The notes under the pieces are model-generated. The model saw only the letters and a list, made by a program, of their open reading frames with translations, did no database searches and had not been told where the DNA came from. A stretch of 64,000 bases of DNA from Ginglymostoma cirratum (taxonomy: Eukaryota). Position numbers and translations under genes: made by a program. The stretch lies in the NCBI GenBank assembly GCA_024137785.1, contig JAHRHZ010000020.1:51732234-51796233 (forward strand). Direction: 5' to 3'. This document shows, piece after piece, positions 12,801-26,641 of the stretch. Each line of letters starts with the position of its first letter. The first letter of the stretch is position 1.

Positions 12801-14683
12801 AAGAATTATAAGTCATGGCAAATTCAGAAAAGGCAGCCATTCACATCAATGGCTCAGCAACTTGGAATGGCTTCTTAGGATCGTGTCAGCTAAGCAAGAA
12901 GTCTCATCATGGTCTGCTGCTTGTCCACCCAGTCAATTTCCGCCATCCTGCACCCCTTCCCCACATCATCCATCTTCTTCTCGATCTCCCAATCAGGAAC
13001 ATTACATCTTTTCTAAAACAATAAAATGTACCGTATCAGCAGGTGTGCAAAGGCCCCAATGTACGTACGTTAGCCATTGCCAAGGTTCAAAAAAAAAGAG
13101 AACTTGTACGTAATTCCTCTTAAAACTAAGTTTTTGTTTTGCTTTGTCTCTAAGAGGCACGAGGAGAGAGGAACTATTTCCAAAAAGTGAAAATGTTTGG
13201 AAACTTCTTCAAACTTCAAGAGTGCATATTCTCTTCCAGAAGTATATCCACAAAGGCTACACTCAATGAAAGCAAGGATGATGGCGCATTAACAGTGATA
13301 TCTTAGAAATACACCGTTACAAATCCCAATGAACAGTACTATGTTAATGTAACAGCATATCGAGGTCACAGAAATAAACCGTCAAAGACGGTATAACTTA
13401 AATTTGACATTTCAACAATGAGCTTAATATTGTGCACATTCGCAACTGGAAATAATCAGCAGGACGTCAGTCACAAAAACTAATTGATGAAACAAGCTGA
13501 ATAAACGGGTAGATTGTGGCAATAACAGTTACATAAAGTGAGAAACAAAGTAGAACTTTTCTTTCTGTGGTTAATAGCTGCTTTAGTATTGCGAACATAC
13601 CAACACGGCGCTGGTGGCAAACTGATCATCTCAACAAAAGAAAATGTGTGATCTTTACCCTTGCTTTATAGAGACAGAGTTCTGCACAACTCATGTCATC
13701 ATAAGCCATCACCGTATATAATCTGATGAGACAAAATCAGTAACCGAACTCGGACATCGGCAACACAAGATTTCCCCCAGAAACGTACAGTGTGCCTTCT
13801 TCACTCAGTACCAAAGTTACACCATCCTCAGAAATTTAAAGCTGCTCGACATGTCTACAGTTATGAGCAAAGAGAAGGCAAAAATAATATTTCACACGTT
13901 GGCTAAAATGCATGCCAACTCAATGCAAGTATTTGAACATTTCCTTCAGCAAATGGAACAATGATGGTGAGGAAAAGTCAAGTGGGGATGATGTAACAGT
14001 GCATTACTACAGAAACCATATGCGGAGCAAAATGCTGAGCTGGGAGTACAATTTGACACAAAACATCCCAGAGGCAATCAAAATGCTTTTGAGGAATAAC
14101 AAATTGCCGACCGCAACAAAACACTTAGTCTCACTATGACAAGATTGCTCAAACAAAAATAGAAAGAAATTGGTTTGGACTGGTTTATCTTTGGGCCACC
14201 AGATGCACATTTAGAAACCAGTCTCAGTTCAACCAAAAGGACTGGTACTATTGATGCCTGGCTCTCGCCTAGCAATCCATGGGCGCTCACACGTGGCAGT
14301 TTGCAATGGCAATTGGCAACATGAAAAGCAATTAGCTCCTGATGTTGCCACAACCACTGTGCAGCTTCCGCCCATCCACAAAACTAGGAGCAATGATGCC
14401 AATGGCAGAAATCCTACGTGAAATTAAGTAACTGGGCAGAGGGCAGGCAACAAAGCTGGAGTCTCTCTTGGTCTGTGTGACCATCATTCACCGGAATCAA
14501 TGGCAATTAGACCCTGAGACAAAATCTCAATGAACAAACCAATATTACTGCTTCACTCAAATGCCACACTGTTTTTGTACATTCAGCTCAAGAGGGATGC
14601 CTTTCAAGAGAAAACTGAACGCATTCATCCAACAAAGTGAAACAGCAGAGATGAATTCATGTAGTCACACCTCCTTGTCTTAC

Positions 14684-14791
14684 CTCAATGATCCTGTCAT
14701 GAACTTCCAGCCCGTCTGCTCTGTCAGCAGGCCCTTTCTCCATAACTTTGGAAACATAAATTCCTTCACTTGGAGAATCCTCCTCACTTTC
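14684..14791 (-). CDS. PDZRN4: PDZRN4-like coding exon 3 (PDZ1 continued); not in the ORF track
   Basis: Manual translation gives [36 protein letters not shown] (108 nt). Acceptor tttttctgtctttgcttcatag|GAA, donor GAG|GTAAGA, phase 0/0. [10 protein letters not shown] matches PDZRN4. Confidence 0.92.
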
Positions 14792-15111
14792 CTATGAAGC
14801 AAAGACAGAAAAAGTATTCAGCGTGGGTTTGGGAACAAGGCAACTCCTAGCAGAGTGAACCACATTCTTAGTATCTGGGTTAGAAAGGGAAGTGGGGAGG
14901 TGTCTCAGTTAAAAACTTTAGAATTCAAAGGCAACATTGAATCCTGCAGAGCCAGCTTCAGTCTCGATTCTTAACATGAAAATTCCCCTACAGGATTATT
15001 TTAGACTGGTGGCTGCAATTCAGCAGGAGTCACACCCAGAGCCACAGGTCAGGAGATCAACATTTGTGGGATCTTGCAGCGTCCACGATGATTACCATTT
15101 TCTACAATTCA

Positions 15112-15272
15112 GAAAGACAGACAGACAACAGAGAGAGAGGAGAAAAAGAGAGAGAGAGAGAGAGAGAGAGACAGAGGCAGATAGACAGAGAGGCAACAGA
15201 GAGAGCAAGCGAGAGAGAAAGAGAGAGAGAGAGGCGGTGGGGTGGCGAAGAGAGTAAGGAGACAGATAGAGC
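15112..15272. repeat. (GA)n compound microsatellite
   Basis: agagagagag... interleaved with gaca units. Confidence 0.9.
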
Positions 15273-15519
15273 GTAATTCAACAGTAGTTCACTTGCTGGA
15301 AGGAGCTTTGGGATATCCTGAGATTATGGAATGTGCTTCCTAAATAGATTTTCTATTTCTAGACACCTGACTTTCTAAAATTCTAAATACCGTGACAATA
15401 AAGAACCTGAGAATAGATATGGAGTGGTCAGCTATGGCTTCTTGAATTCAAGTCCCAATCCAGACACTTGGCAGCAGAAATTGAGGCTGATATTCCAATG
15501 CAGGACGTAAATTACTTTC

Positions 15520-15725
15520 TCTCCCCACGTCCTGACCAACACTATTCCTCAAATAATAATCACGAAACACAGATTAACCAGTCATATTATCGTATCGCTG
15601 TTTGTGGGAGAAAGTTGCTGTGCATCCTGCATCACAACAATTACTGCATGACAAAAGGATTTAACTGGCAGTGTGTTAGGGGCATTCTGTTGATGCTCTA
15701 GGTACTGTACCAAAGCAAGTCTTTT
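15520..15725 (+). mobile_element. Old Deu-domain SINE (SacSINE1/AmnSINE-like)
   Basis: acagattaaccagtcatattatcgtatcgctgtttgtgggagaaagttgctgtgc...aagcaagtctttt. Confidence 0.6.
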
Positions 15726-16971
15726 GTACCTGGAGATTGTCAAAATCTACAAAATTATTGTTGAAAATATATGCGTAATTTTTAAGGATCTATCAAGGAT
15801 ATTAAAGATATTTTAAGGCTCTGCGGCATACTCAACCAATAAAATCAATTTGCTAACAGCATTTACTTGTTTCTCCCACATATAATTACTTCTAAGTAGT
15901 AGCTAGGTCAGAACATTAGAGCCCAGTTAATATGTACCAATTACTTTTCAGTCCTTTTTTTTGATGCGTGGTGCATCCAAGTTGCTACCAGAACTACAAA
16001 ACATCTCATGCGACAACCACGATGCAAAAATAGCAGTTGAAAATAGCAAATTCCCGAAATACACACCCAGCGACTAAAAAGAGAGCTCGAAGTGAGTAAA
16101 ATGTGTCTTTCTTTTCAGTCATGTAGCATTCCAGATGTGCGCTTCTCAGATTCCTGCTTTTCAATACAAGTGCTAAGACAGGTCCATTCCAGAACCCAGA
16201 TCACGAATAAAACAAATTGCAACATTAAAGAATTAAATACTTCACAGCTCACCTCACCGATCAATTCAAACTGAACACAATCAGGTTAAAGCTAAACAGA
16301 ATCAATTCTGAAGATCCTGAGGAACCTAAGCAAGGTGATCACTCTGGTTTTATGTCCACAATTTGCCATCAGGAAAAAAGATAATACATCTTAGTCACGC
16401 TCACATTTAATTCCCCATGTAGCCAAGACACAACTTAGGATGAAGACATTTCAGGGGAATGCTGTCAGATACAGGTCAATAATTTTTCAAATTAAACCCA
16501 TTTCCAAACTGGTTGCGTATCTAAACTTCCACTTGAGTATTTCTTAACGGTCAGCAATTCACCCCCTAACCCCCAGCCCCTTTGCGACTTTTGTGGGGAG
16601 CTCAGGTAATTAGAGAAAGCATGCCAAGGCTCCTGTCCCCTTCTCAGGTAGCCATGCCCATTGCCAAGTCTACAGTGCAGTAGCTGAGCCTTAATGCACC
16701 CTGTTGAGATTTTAGCTTTCTCAATATACCAAAAAGCAATGATCCCCATTCTATGGAGAATGGTTTTCTCTGTCTTAAGTTAGGAGTGGGTTTTGGAGAG
16801 GATCCTTATCATTTACTTGGCTCAGGGAAAATGTATTTATTTAACCACCCATTCACTTGACGTGACCACCATGGTTAAGAGCAACGTTTAGTACCCATCC
16901 CTAATAGCCTTGAGGAAGTGAAGGTGAGCTACCATACAGCCTACGAGCTAAGTGTATACCCACAGTGCTGT

Positions 16972-18910
16972 TATGAGACTAAACTTGCAGGGAACAAAAA
17001 AATTGACGGCAAAAGCTTCTATAAATATGTGAAGAGAAACAGATTAGGAAAGACAAATGCAAAAATCACAGAATCTCTACAGTGTGGAAGCAGGCCATTC
17101 AGCCTATCGAGTCCACATCACCCTCCAAAGTGCACCTCACCCAGACCCAGACCCATCCCCCTACTCTATCCCCGTAACCGCATATTTCCCATGGCTAATC
17201 CACCTAGCTTGCACATCACTGTCATTATGGGTAATTTAGTGTGGCCAATTCACCTAACCCACACACATTTTTTGGACCGTGGAAGGAAACTGGAGCAGAT
17301 GGAGAAAACCCACGCAGACATGGGGAGAATGTGCAAACTCCACACAGACAGTCACCACGGGCTGGAATCGAATCCAAGTCCCTGGTGCTGAGGCAATGGC
17401 GTTAACCACTGAGCCACCGTGTCACCCAGATAGTCAGAAGCCAGGGAAATTATATTGGGGAACACAGAAATGGCAGAAGAATTTGATACTGTTTTCACAG
17501 AAGAGGACAGAAATACTCTCCCAGAAATAGGAGGGAACCAAGCATCTTGTGAGGAGGTGGAATTAAAGGGAATATTTATTAGTCAGAAAATGGTGCTCAG
17601 GAAATGCATGAGGTTACAGACTAACACATCACCAGGGCCTAACAATCCACAATGTACAGTACTAAAGGAAGCTGCCCTGAAAGTATTGGATACATTTCCA
17701 AACTTGGATAGACTCTAGAGCAGTTCTTACAAATTGGAGGGTGGGAAATGTACTCCACTGTTTCAGAAGGGAGGGAAAAGAAAATAACAGAATTCCAGAC
17801 CGGTTAGCCGAACACCAGTCATGAGGAAAATACTCATCTATTATAAAAGATGTGACATCAGAACATTTGGAAAGCATTAACAGGATTAGACAAAGCTACC
17901 ATGGGTTTATGAAAGGCAAATCATTCTTAATGAACCTTTTGCAGTTTTTGGAGGATGTAACTTGTAGAATATTTAAGGGAGCATCAGTGGACGTGGTATA
18001 TTTGGATTTTCAGAAGGCTTTTGATAAGGTCCCTCTTAGGAAGTTAGCGGGCACAATGAAAGCACATGGGATAGGGGATAATCTTCATTGCACATTGGTT
18101 GACAGACAGGAAACAGAGGGAGCGAGAATGAATGGGTGTTTGAAGTCATACATTTTGGCATTGAAAAGCAGAAAGGAAGGAGATTATTTAACGGGGATAT
18201 TTTGGGGAGCATGGATGATGTATAAGAGATCCGGGCGTCCTCGTACACCAGTCAATGGAAGGTAGGTGCGGGAAGCAATTAGGAAGGCAAATGGTATATT
18301 GGCCTTCATTGCAAAAAAACTGGAGTTCAGAAGTCAGGATGTCTTACTCCAGTGAAGTAGAATAGAGGTGAGACCACCCCTGTTGTGCCATGTGCAGTTT
18401 TCATCTTCCTATCCGAGAGAGAATATACTTGCCACAGACGGAGTGCAGCAGAAGCTCTTTACCTGATTACAGGGCCGCGGTGTGAGGAGGGATCGGCTTG
18501 GTTGGGCCTGTATACACTAGAAGTTAGAAGAATGAGGGGGGATCTGATTGGAACTCAGAGAATTGTAACAGGGCTGGACAGACTGGATAAGGAGAACAGG
18601 TTTTGCCTGGTTAGAGATCCAGAACTAGGAAACGCCATTTCAGATTACAGGATACACAATTTAGGACTGAGGTAAGGAAATATTTTTTCACTCAAAAGGT
18701 AACGAACCTCAGGATTTCTCTACCACAGAAGACTGTGGAAGCCAAGTCACTGAATACATTCGAGACAGAGAAGTTTTTAGATATTAAATTCATCAAGAGG
18801 TGTAGGGAGAAAGCAGGAATTTGGCATTGAGACAGAGGGCCAGTCAGACATTATGAATGACAGAGCAAGTTCAGAAGGGCCAAATGGCTTCCCTTCTTGT
18901 TTCTAGTTTC
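16972..18910 (+). mobile_element. Decayed CR1-clade LINE (ORF2 RT and 3' end)
   Basis: HGFMKGKSFLMNLLQFLEDVT...VDVVYLDFQKAFDKVP; LGLYTLEVRRMRGDLI; CR1 tail gggccaaatggcttcc. Frameshifts and deletions. Confidence 0.9.
17064..17427 (-). mobile_element. HE1-like V-SINE nested in a CR1 LINE
   Basis: Same structure as the other copies; interrupts CR1 ORF2 between KSFYKYVKRNRLGKTN and MGNTEMAEEF. Confidence 0.88.
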
Positions 18911-18949
18911 TCTTCAGGTAAGGAGCTCTACACTTTTGACCTGATAATG

Positions 18950-19700
18950 GTTAAGGAATGCTGATATAGTTCCAAGGCAGAACAGTGCCGGGCTCGGAAG
19001 GGCACTTGCAAATAGCGATGTTCCCAATTTTTTTGCTCCCCTTATCCCTGGAGCTAGCGGGAGTCACAGACTCAGTCTGTGCTATCAAAGTCACCCTGGA
19101 GTCACTGCGTGCCAATGGTGGAGGAAGTGAATGTTTATGGTTGTGTATCCAGTGCCAATAAAGCGGTTGCTTTAATCTGTATAATATTAAATTCCAAGAG
19201 TTGTTGGAGCTGCTCACATCCAAGAAAGAAGAGAATTCTGTCGCACTCCTGACTTGTGCCTCAAAAAGACTCTCAAGCATGCATTTTAGACCTGGTGTGA
19301 ATAAGGCTAGTATTCTGCTTCCAGACATTACACAAATTGTCCACGGCCTTTGGGAAGCTCCAGGGAGGACATGTATTTTTGGTTGTTTATTTAATTTGAT
19401 CTCTTTTTCTCCTGTAGCAAACATCACTGACAAAGATGGGCTTGTGACAGTCGCCAAACCAAAACTTCATGATGCAGCCAACTGTAAACTGAAGCAGTAC
19501 GAGATCTGGACACTGACTCTCGGCATCCATTTGATACCGACCCAGAGTAACAGATTACCACATTATACCCAACCGTTATCTGCAGACACGGGCTCAATTT
19601 CTGTATTTACCAATGATGACACCCAGCTTTATCAGTCCACTTCAACCTTTCTTTGTCCATCTCCGCTTGATCGCACTGCCGAGTTACGGGGTCAGAGATG
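18950..19700 (-). mobile_element. Degenerate LINE 3' portion (same family as 46820-47665)
   Basis: atatagttccaaggcagaacagtgccgggctcggaagggcacttgca is reverse-complement similar to ~47420-47470. Confidence 0.5.
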
Positions 19701-19992
19701 TGAACACCCTTCGCTCCAACTCGTCCAAGCCAACCAGCTGTCCTAAATTCACCTAGTCCCATTTGCCAGCATTTGGCCCATTTCCCTCGAAACCTTTCCA
19801 AATCATATACCTGTCCGAATGCCTTTTAAATGTTCTAATTGTACCAGCCTCCACCACTTCCTCTGGCAGCTCGTTCCATACACGCACCACCCTCTGCATG
19901 AAAAGGTTGCCCCTCAGATCACTCTCAAATCTTTCCCCTTTCGTCTTAAACCTAAACCCTCACAGTTTTGGCCTCTCCTACCCTCGGGAAGG
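19700..19992 (-). mobile_element. CR1 3' fragment
   Basis: cctagtcccatttgccagcatttggccca...ccagcctccaccacttcctctggcagctcgttccata. Confidence 0.8.
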
Positions 19993-21061
19993 GATCTTGG
20001 TTATTTCTCCACTTAGAAGAAATCAGTCCATCTCATTCCGCTGTCCTGAAAGGCACTGTAATTTTCACGCTGAGTATCATATTCTCTTTGGCAGCTCACT
20101 CGGATAGAGCCAAAACTAAAAACACAAAGAAGCCGAGTTTTCATAGTCGATCCCTCACCAAGCCCACCCTCCCTTGTATGCCACCACACCTCTGCAAAAA
20201 CCCTCACCTCAGAGGAACATCGGGCTTTGGAGCAGAAGAAAGCCTTTTAGCACTTAGTGTCTGTTCTGCCATTTACGGCTGTTCTATTTACAGTCTTAAC
20301 TACACTTTCTCTTCTGACCTACCCATAACTTTTGACTCCCTTGTCTATCAAGATCTTACTCAGGCTCATATTTTAGCAACTCAACTGGGCCAAAGTTGTT
20401 CCCTTCAGCTCCCCCAAATCCCTCCTTCACAAACAACTGGCCCTTGTCAAGGGCTGCTCACCGAACATTTCCATCCTCTCGAAATCGCACTACAACCTTC
20501 CCCTGCTCTGATGGTCCGACTCAGTCTTTTGACGTACTGACTCGCAAATTCTTCTCTCGCTCCTGACTGTTTTCAGATGCATTTGAACATAAAAATGAAT
20601 AGCAATTTTATGTGCAAGCTGCCTTCTTCCCAACTGTAGCTAGGACCTTGCGGTACTAGCAATGTCCAGGAACCTGGATAGCAGAAGTAATCTTTGACCC
20701 ATACACTAATTTAACCACATATATGGCCACACTGATTTACTTAGGGCTATTTGATTTGATCAGGTTATTTCTGAAAGAGAGAGATTTTGCTATCGTCAGA
20801 AAATTGGGGTCAAGACTCCACTTAAAGCTGTGCTATGCCTCTTCCAAGCAAATCTATTTGTAAAGTTAAACTCAATTACCCTTTTCCCCAGTAATCACAG
20901 AATCAGCAAACTGCTGTAATGTCAGTCTGCCAGAGCTGGTTTAGGAGCTTTCACTGTGTGGAATCAAATTATTGCTGTCACCTGAAAGTGAATTTTGCTT
21001 TTTAAAAAAGTCTAGCAATCCAAACTTTGATTGAGCGTCCACACCTTTGTGAAAACAACAG

Positions 21062-21762
21062 AATCACAAATATTTTGGCGCAGAATGAGGCCGCTCGGCT
21101 TTGAAAATGAGCATCGTTGTCTTTTCCTCATGCCCCTGCACCTTATTTCTGCTTAAATGATCATCCAATACCCTTTCGAATAAATCATCTGAACCTGCCT
21201 CCACTACATTTCCAGGCAGTACCTTCCAGTCCTGAAACACCCGTGTCAAAATGACTTTTCTTACCACGCACTCGCTTGTCTTGTAAACCACTTGAAATCT
21301 GTGCCCTCTCAAATTTGATCATTGAGAAACTCCAGCAAGTTATGTTGACCACGGTTTGCCTTGTAGCAAATCAATACTGACTCTCACTGAATCAACCCAG
21401 CCTTTTCTATGTGGCAACTAATTCTATCCTAAAGTCGTTTCTATAAACTTCCTGTAATTTCTGCAATTCTGTAATTTCTGGGATTATCTTCACAAGCTTT
21501 AGTTTGAACTTGGGTTTAATGCTTGCGATTGTTCAGTCTTCTGGAACCTCCCCCCCAGTCAAGGAAAGGTGGAAAAATTACAGCCAGTATTCTGCAACTT
21601 CCTTCAATACCCAGTTTCAGTGCCTTGTCAACTTGAAGTACCAACATTTGCTCCAACAGCCCTTCCCTATCAATTCTGAATCCTTCTCATGATAAAACTT
21701 GCCTCTTCTGTCACCAGGGCTTTGGTAGAATCTGGCTCCACAGTAAAGACAGATACAAAGTA
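21062..21762 (-). mobile_element. CR1 fragments (3' end and RT region)
   Basis: MRGHRFQV...WKVLPGNVVEAGS on the minus strand, followed by ttgaccacggtttgcctt...aaatca RT-type sequence. Confidence 0.65.
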
Positions 21763-21895
21763 TTCAGAAATTCTGAAAAGGGTCCCGAGCCGAAACGTCA
21801 GCTTTCCTGCTCCTCTGATGCTGCCTGGCCTGCTGTGTTCATCCAGCTCCACACTGTGTTATCTCTGACTCCAGCATCTGCAGTTATGCTATCTC
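21763..21895 (+). mobile_element. Short hammerhead-type element, subfamily A
   Basis: ctgaaaagggtcccgagccgaaacgtcagctttcctgctcctctgatgctgcctggcctgctgtgttcatccagc...ccagcatctgcagtt. Confidence 0.8.
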
Positions 21896-22040
21896 TGCAA
21901 AGTCTTTGTTTATTTTTTGGTTGCGCCCTGTCTCTAGATGAGAATACAGAAATAATGCACCACGGTACAGTAGAGATAGGTATCCTCACATATTAATTTT
22001 GAAGCTCGTCCAGTAAGCGGAAGCAAGCTTCGGAAATGTG

Positions 22041-22145
22041 CTCTGAAGATGGGCCGCTGGACATGAAGCATTAATGCTGTTTTCTCTTCACCAGATGCTG
22101 CCAGACCTGCTGAGTTTTTCCAGCAATTTGTGTTTTTGTTTGGTT
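22041..22145 (+). mobile_element. Short hammerhead-type element, subfamily B, degenerate
   Basis: ctgaagatggg...cagatgctgccagacctgctgagtttttccagcaatttgtgtttttgtt. Confidence 0.75.
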
Positions 22146-23659
22146 TTGAAATGGGTTCTGATCAGTAGACATAGATTCCCAGATCACAAATGGTCTTTCT
22201 TCACTATTTATTCATTCCCAGAATTTTAAAAAAATGGTCACGTGGACAGAAAATAGTCAGAAAAGGAACGTGCTGTTCAGCCAACTTCTGAGAGAAAGCT
22301 GTCAATTCCTCATTAGACCCTTCTTCAATGGGGCATCAAGTTGACTTGGTTTGTAGTAATATGGCAGAACAAGAAAGTGGCCTACAAGTAGGGGAGCATC
22401 AGGAAATAGTAATCACAACATAACTCGGCTCACCACAGAAATAGAAAAAAGGAAAAGAAGTCAAAAGCTACATGGAATAGCAAATTATAGTTTTTTTTTT
22501 AAGTCTAGCTGTCTGGCACTAAACTCAGAGAAAGCAGCAAAGAGAATTCTAGACGTCCTTCTGAGGTGAACACCAAAGTCTGCAAGAGAGTTGATTCATT
22601 GAATGCAATGAATACAGTAAAGTCTATGGACACCAAGAACATCTGAGTTATAGCCCGCAAGACGTGTGCTTTAAAACAAACTGCACCTCTCAGCCAAGTT
22701 ATTCCATTAGTAGCAATCGACCCAGCAATGTCGAGAATTATCCACATTATGTCTTCGGTCTCTGAATCGCAGGACAGATTGAATCTAATCAATTGTTACT
22801 CCACCAGTCAGCTCTTAATCAACATAAACATGACGAGTCCTCAACCGTGCTGTCACGCTGCACTTATTCACCAATAACCTGCTCACTGACACTTATTTTG
22901 GATAATGTCGGAGCACAGTAAAACTGTTTCCCAACATTTGGGATGGTGGGGGTGCAAAAAAGACAGCTGAATTTAGATTTGAATGACTGCCCTTGACAGC
23001 AGCATTTGACAACATACGGCTTCAATTCGCCTCAGCAGAATGTAGCAGGAAGACTCTTCAGTGGAGACAGTCACACCGGGCTTGAAGACTGGCGTTCGCT
23101 GATCGTTCAGAGCACTGCTGCAGGAGTTCCTCAGGGAGAGCTGGAACTCCAACTATCTTTGGTTTTCATCAGCGCCCATCCTTGTCCAAGATCAGGCGCC
23201 GAGTAACGACAGCATCACTTTCAGTTCCATTCGCAAATCCTCAGATAATGAGGTAGTCCATGCCTACCCTGCAGCAAAACCCGAACAACTTCCAGGCTTG
23301 GGCTAACCAATGCTAAGTAACTTGCCCCAGTCCTTAAAGATGTCAGTTTTTCTGGACAAACTTCCCACAAATGCAACATTCTAAAGTTCTAAACCTGTGT
23401 GACTTACTTATGGATTCTCTCTTCCTTCAAACAGTTCAAAATATCCACTTGCTGAATTATGCACACCTGGGGTCTCCATTAAAAAAAACACTACAAAACT
23501 TTGCATAATTGTAACAAGGCGAAGTAGCACTGAAGATGTAGCTGTGCTAAAAGTGAATTAAAATTAAGTGAGCAAAAAGTAAATGAATGCTACTGTCAGA
23601 GGATTGTCATGATGGAGTTATGACCATCAGCAGAGAGACAGCAAGTGGATCGGGCAAGG

Positions 23660-24230
23660 ATTCAGCAGATAATCAGGAGGGTAAACGGAATGTTGATCCT
23701 TATTTCATTGGGGTTGGGAATATAAAGGTATGGAAGTCTTACTGCAACTGTACAGGATGCTGATGACAGCACACTGGAGTACTCAGAGCAGTTTTGGCCC
23801 CCTGATTTAAGAAGGGTAACATTTAATTGGAGGCAGTTCAGAGAAGGTTCACTAGGATGACCCCTGGTATGGAGGCATTCTCTTATGAACAAAGGTAAAC
23901 AGCGTAGGCCGCTCCTCACTGGAATTTAGAAGAATGAGAGGTGATCACTTTGAAACCTATGGGATTCTTCAGGGGCTTGAGGGGGTAAATACTGAGAGGG
24001 TGCTTCTCCTCATGGGAAAGTGTAGGGCCAGAGACTTGAGTTTCTTTGAAACTCCTTGCCAAACAAAGTCAAGGAGGCAAATTCCTCATTAGTCGGGGTG
24101 TCTAAGGTTATCGGAAAAGGGCAGTAAAGTGGTTGCTAGAAATGTTGGATGAGCCACGTGCCTATTGAATGACAGAGCAGGCTGGATGGTCCAAAAAGCC
24201 TACTCCTGTTCCTATGTCTTATGGTCTTAT
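23660..24230 (+). mobile_element. CR1 3' fragment
   Basis: cacactggagtactcagagcagttttgg...gaggcagttcagagaaggttcactagg...agaagaatgagaggtgatc...tactcctgttcctatgtcttatggtcttat. Confidence 0.85.
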
Positions 24231-26275
24231 AATGCAAAAATGAGCATTTTGAATCATTATAAAAGCATGGTTACTAAGATCTTAGTCAGACTGAAGTTAT
24301 TGTCGGGGTCAGTTGGCACAAATCTCGTCTCAGTCAAAGAGGTTTTGGGCTCATGAGCTCTCAGGAGGCTTGAACAAACAATGTAGCCTGAGAGCCAAAA
24401 GCAGCATAGACTGCGAACCTCCAGAGCTACTGGACTTTGGATGCTAATCAGAAGCCCCTTTGGCAGTCCCAGGCAAAATTAAAAAGATCCCACTGCATTT
24501 TTTTGAAAAAAGGAGTGTGGGACATTATGAGGTTATGCAACATGCTCTACGAATGGGAAAGTGACTTTTTTTTTTGAGAATAACAGATCTGAAATGCACT
24601 GCCTAAAAAAGGGTGGTGGAGGCACATTTGGTACTCATTTTTCCCAAAAGAGAATTGGATACAGACGTGGAAATTTGAAAAATTGCAGGGATATGATGAA
24701 AGAGGGGCAAGGAAACTAAAGCAAACCACTGTAAATGTTGAAAATTTGAAAAAAAAAAACTGAAAATGCCCAAGAAGGCAAGCAACAATTACGGAGTTAG
24801 AAACAGGATCAACCTTTCAGGTTGATGACCTTTCATCCATTGGAATGCCTCCAAGCTGCCAGTATAGAAATGCCAGGCCAAATGCCTCCATCTGTGCTCT
24901 CTGACTAACTTATAATAATCCCCAAAGATGGGAACAAGGGAATCTGCAAAAGAAACACCAGATGTTTGGGCTGAATTTTTTCAAAACTCCAATAATTAGG
25001 TCAGGGTTATAAAAACTGGCAAGTGCGATCAGAGCTTCTTAAAGTGGAAAACCAGATTATCTGGGAAATATCTGGCCAATCTTTTCTCAATCATTGAGAC
25101 ACAAGTGGTATCCATCGCACAAGGTGAAATTATCGAGAACAGGTAGAAGAATGAATTAATCACGGTCCTTTACCACATGCTGGATCAATCTTCAAAGGAA
25201 TAAGAGGTGCATGTCTTACTGTGTTTTTTCCTGGGCAACACAATGTTCTAAGATGGCTGAAGGTGGAGGTCAAAGGTCACAATCTACAAACAGTGCCAAA
25301 AAGCATCTTGGGATTATTCCCTCCAAATTTTGCCTTCTTTTCCAGTTGACTTTACTCAATCGCTTCGAAGATGTCAGGGTGTCTGACCCTTGGGGAACAT
25401 ATATGCACAAAGGGTGCTCCCTTGTTAGCCAGTAAAGGAGGAGGCTTATTCAAGACATTGATTGCAGTGACAACATTTCAGCAATATTTCTTTTAAACAC
25501 ACACTCGATGGTCTAAATACTATGTACTTCATCATTTAGAAAATAAAATTATCATCAATTATTCTCATCAGATGAATACCGCAGTAGCCAAGTCAAGGAA
25601 TTCAACTAGTCATCGGACTCTCAACCATAGCGTCTAACCATTATATCGCAACAGTGACTTATGTCTATTCAGTCCAAATCCAGACAATAATGAAGACAAA
25701 ATGGGGTTTAAGTCAGGAAATTGAAAAACAATTTCAATGCATTAAAAAGAAACAATTTGAACAACGTGAGATTCTACAACACTGCTGGGTTGAATTCATG
25801 ATTTTGGTGAGCAGTCACTCCTTCCCTAAACTTTCGTTGTAATTGTACTCACCGTCTGATTTGGATGGGTGAGACAGAAAGCAAAGTTTTCACATCTTAA
25901 AGCATGTCTGCCCCCGTTAGATGAAATCACTATGGTCGATTTGCACGGTGTGGATCTTCCCCAGGATTGCTTTGTGTCGTTTGCGTCTAATTTACAAGCC
26001 AAGAATCTGTGGCCTTGTGAATGGCAACAAAATTTGGCCACAGTGATGTCATTGTAACCGCACTGTACCACAAGAAAGACAAGTGTAGTGCCGACACACT
26101 AAAAGACTAAATTCGGTTTCACTGCTGATTTTGGCCCCCATGCTCTTGAGAAAACAGACTCCTGCCTTGATACTGTCTGCCATATCTTGACCGACTGACA
26201 AGTGCTTGTGAACGAATCTAGGCAGTGAAGGCAACTCTAACACTGGGGACTGCTCAACCTTAAGTTCCAGTCCAC

Positions 26276-26641
26276 ACAGAATCAGAATCCCCACAGTGCA
26301 GAAGCAGGCCATTCAGCCCATCGAGCCCAAACCAAACCTCTGAAGGACATCCCACGCAGACCCGTCCCCTCAACCTTATTCTCTGTAACCCTGCATTTCC
26401 TTTGAATCATACACCTAACCTGCACATCCCTGGACACTACGGTTAATTTAGCATGGCCAATCCACCCAACCTGCACATCTTTGGACCGTGGAAGGAAACC
26501 GGAGCACCCGGAGGAAACCCACGCAGACACGGGGAGAATGTGCGAACTCCACACGGACACAGTCGCCCAAGGGTGGAATTGAACCCGGGTCCCTAGCGCT
26601 GCGAGGCAGGAGTGCTAACCCCCAAGCCACCATTCCAGCCC
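26276..26641 (-). mobile_element. HE1-like V-SINE, CpG-retaining
   Basis: ggaaaccggagcacccggaggaaacccacgcagacacggggagaatgtgcgaactccacac. Confidence 0.9.

Noticed and set aside
1-14683. Further PDZRN coding exons (expected next: VNGKDLS...)
   Set aside because: Not found by eye or in the ORF track; exon 4 probably lies beyond the window, though a short exon could have been missed.
14937-15276. Arg/Glu-rich ORFs
   Set aside because: Translation of the (GA)n microsatellite.
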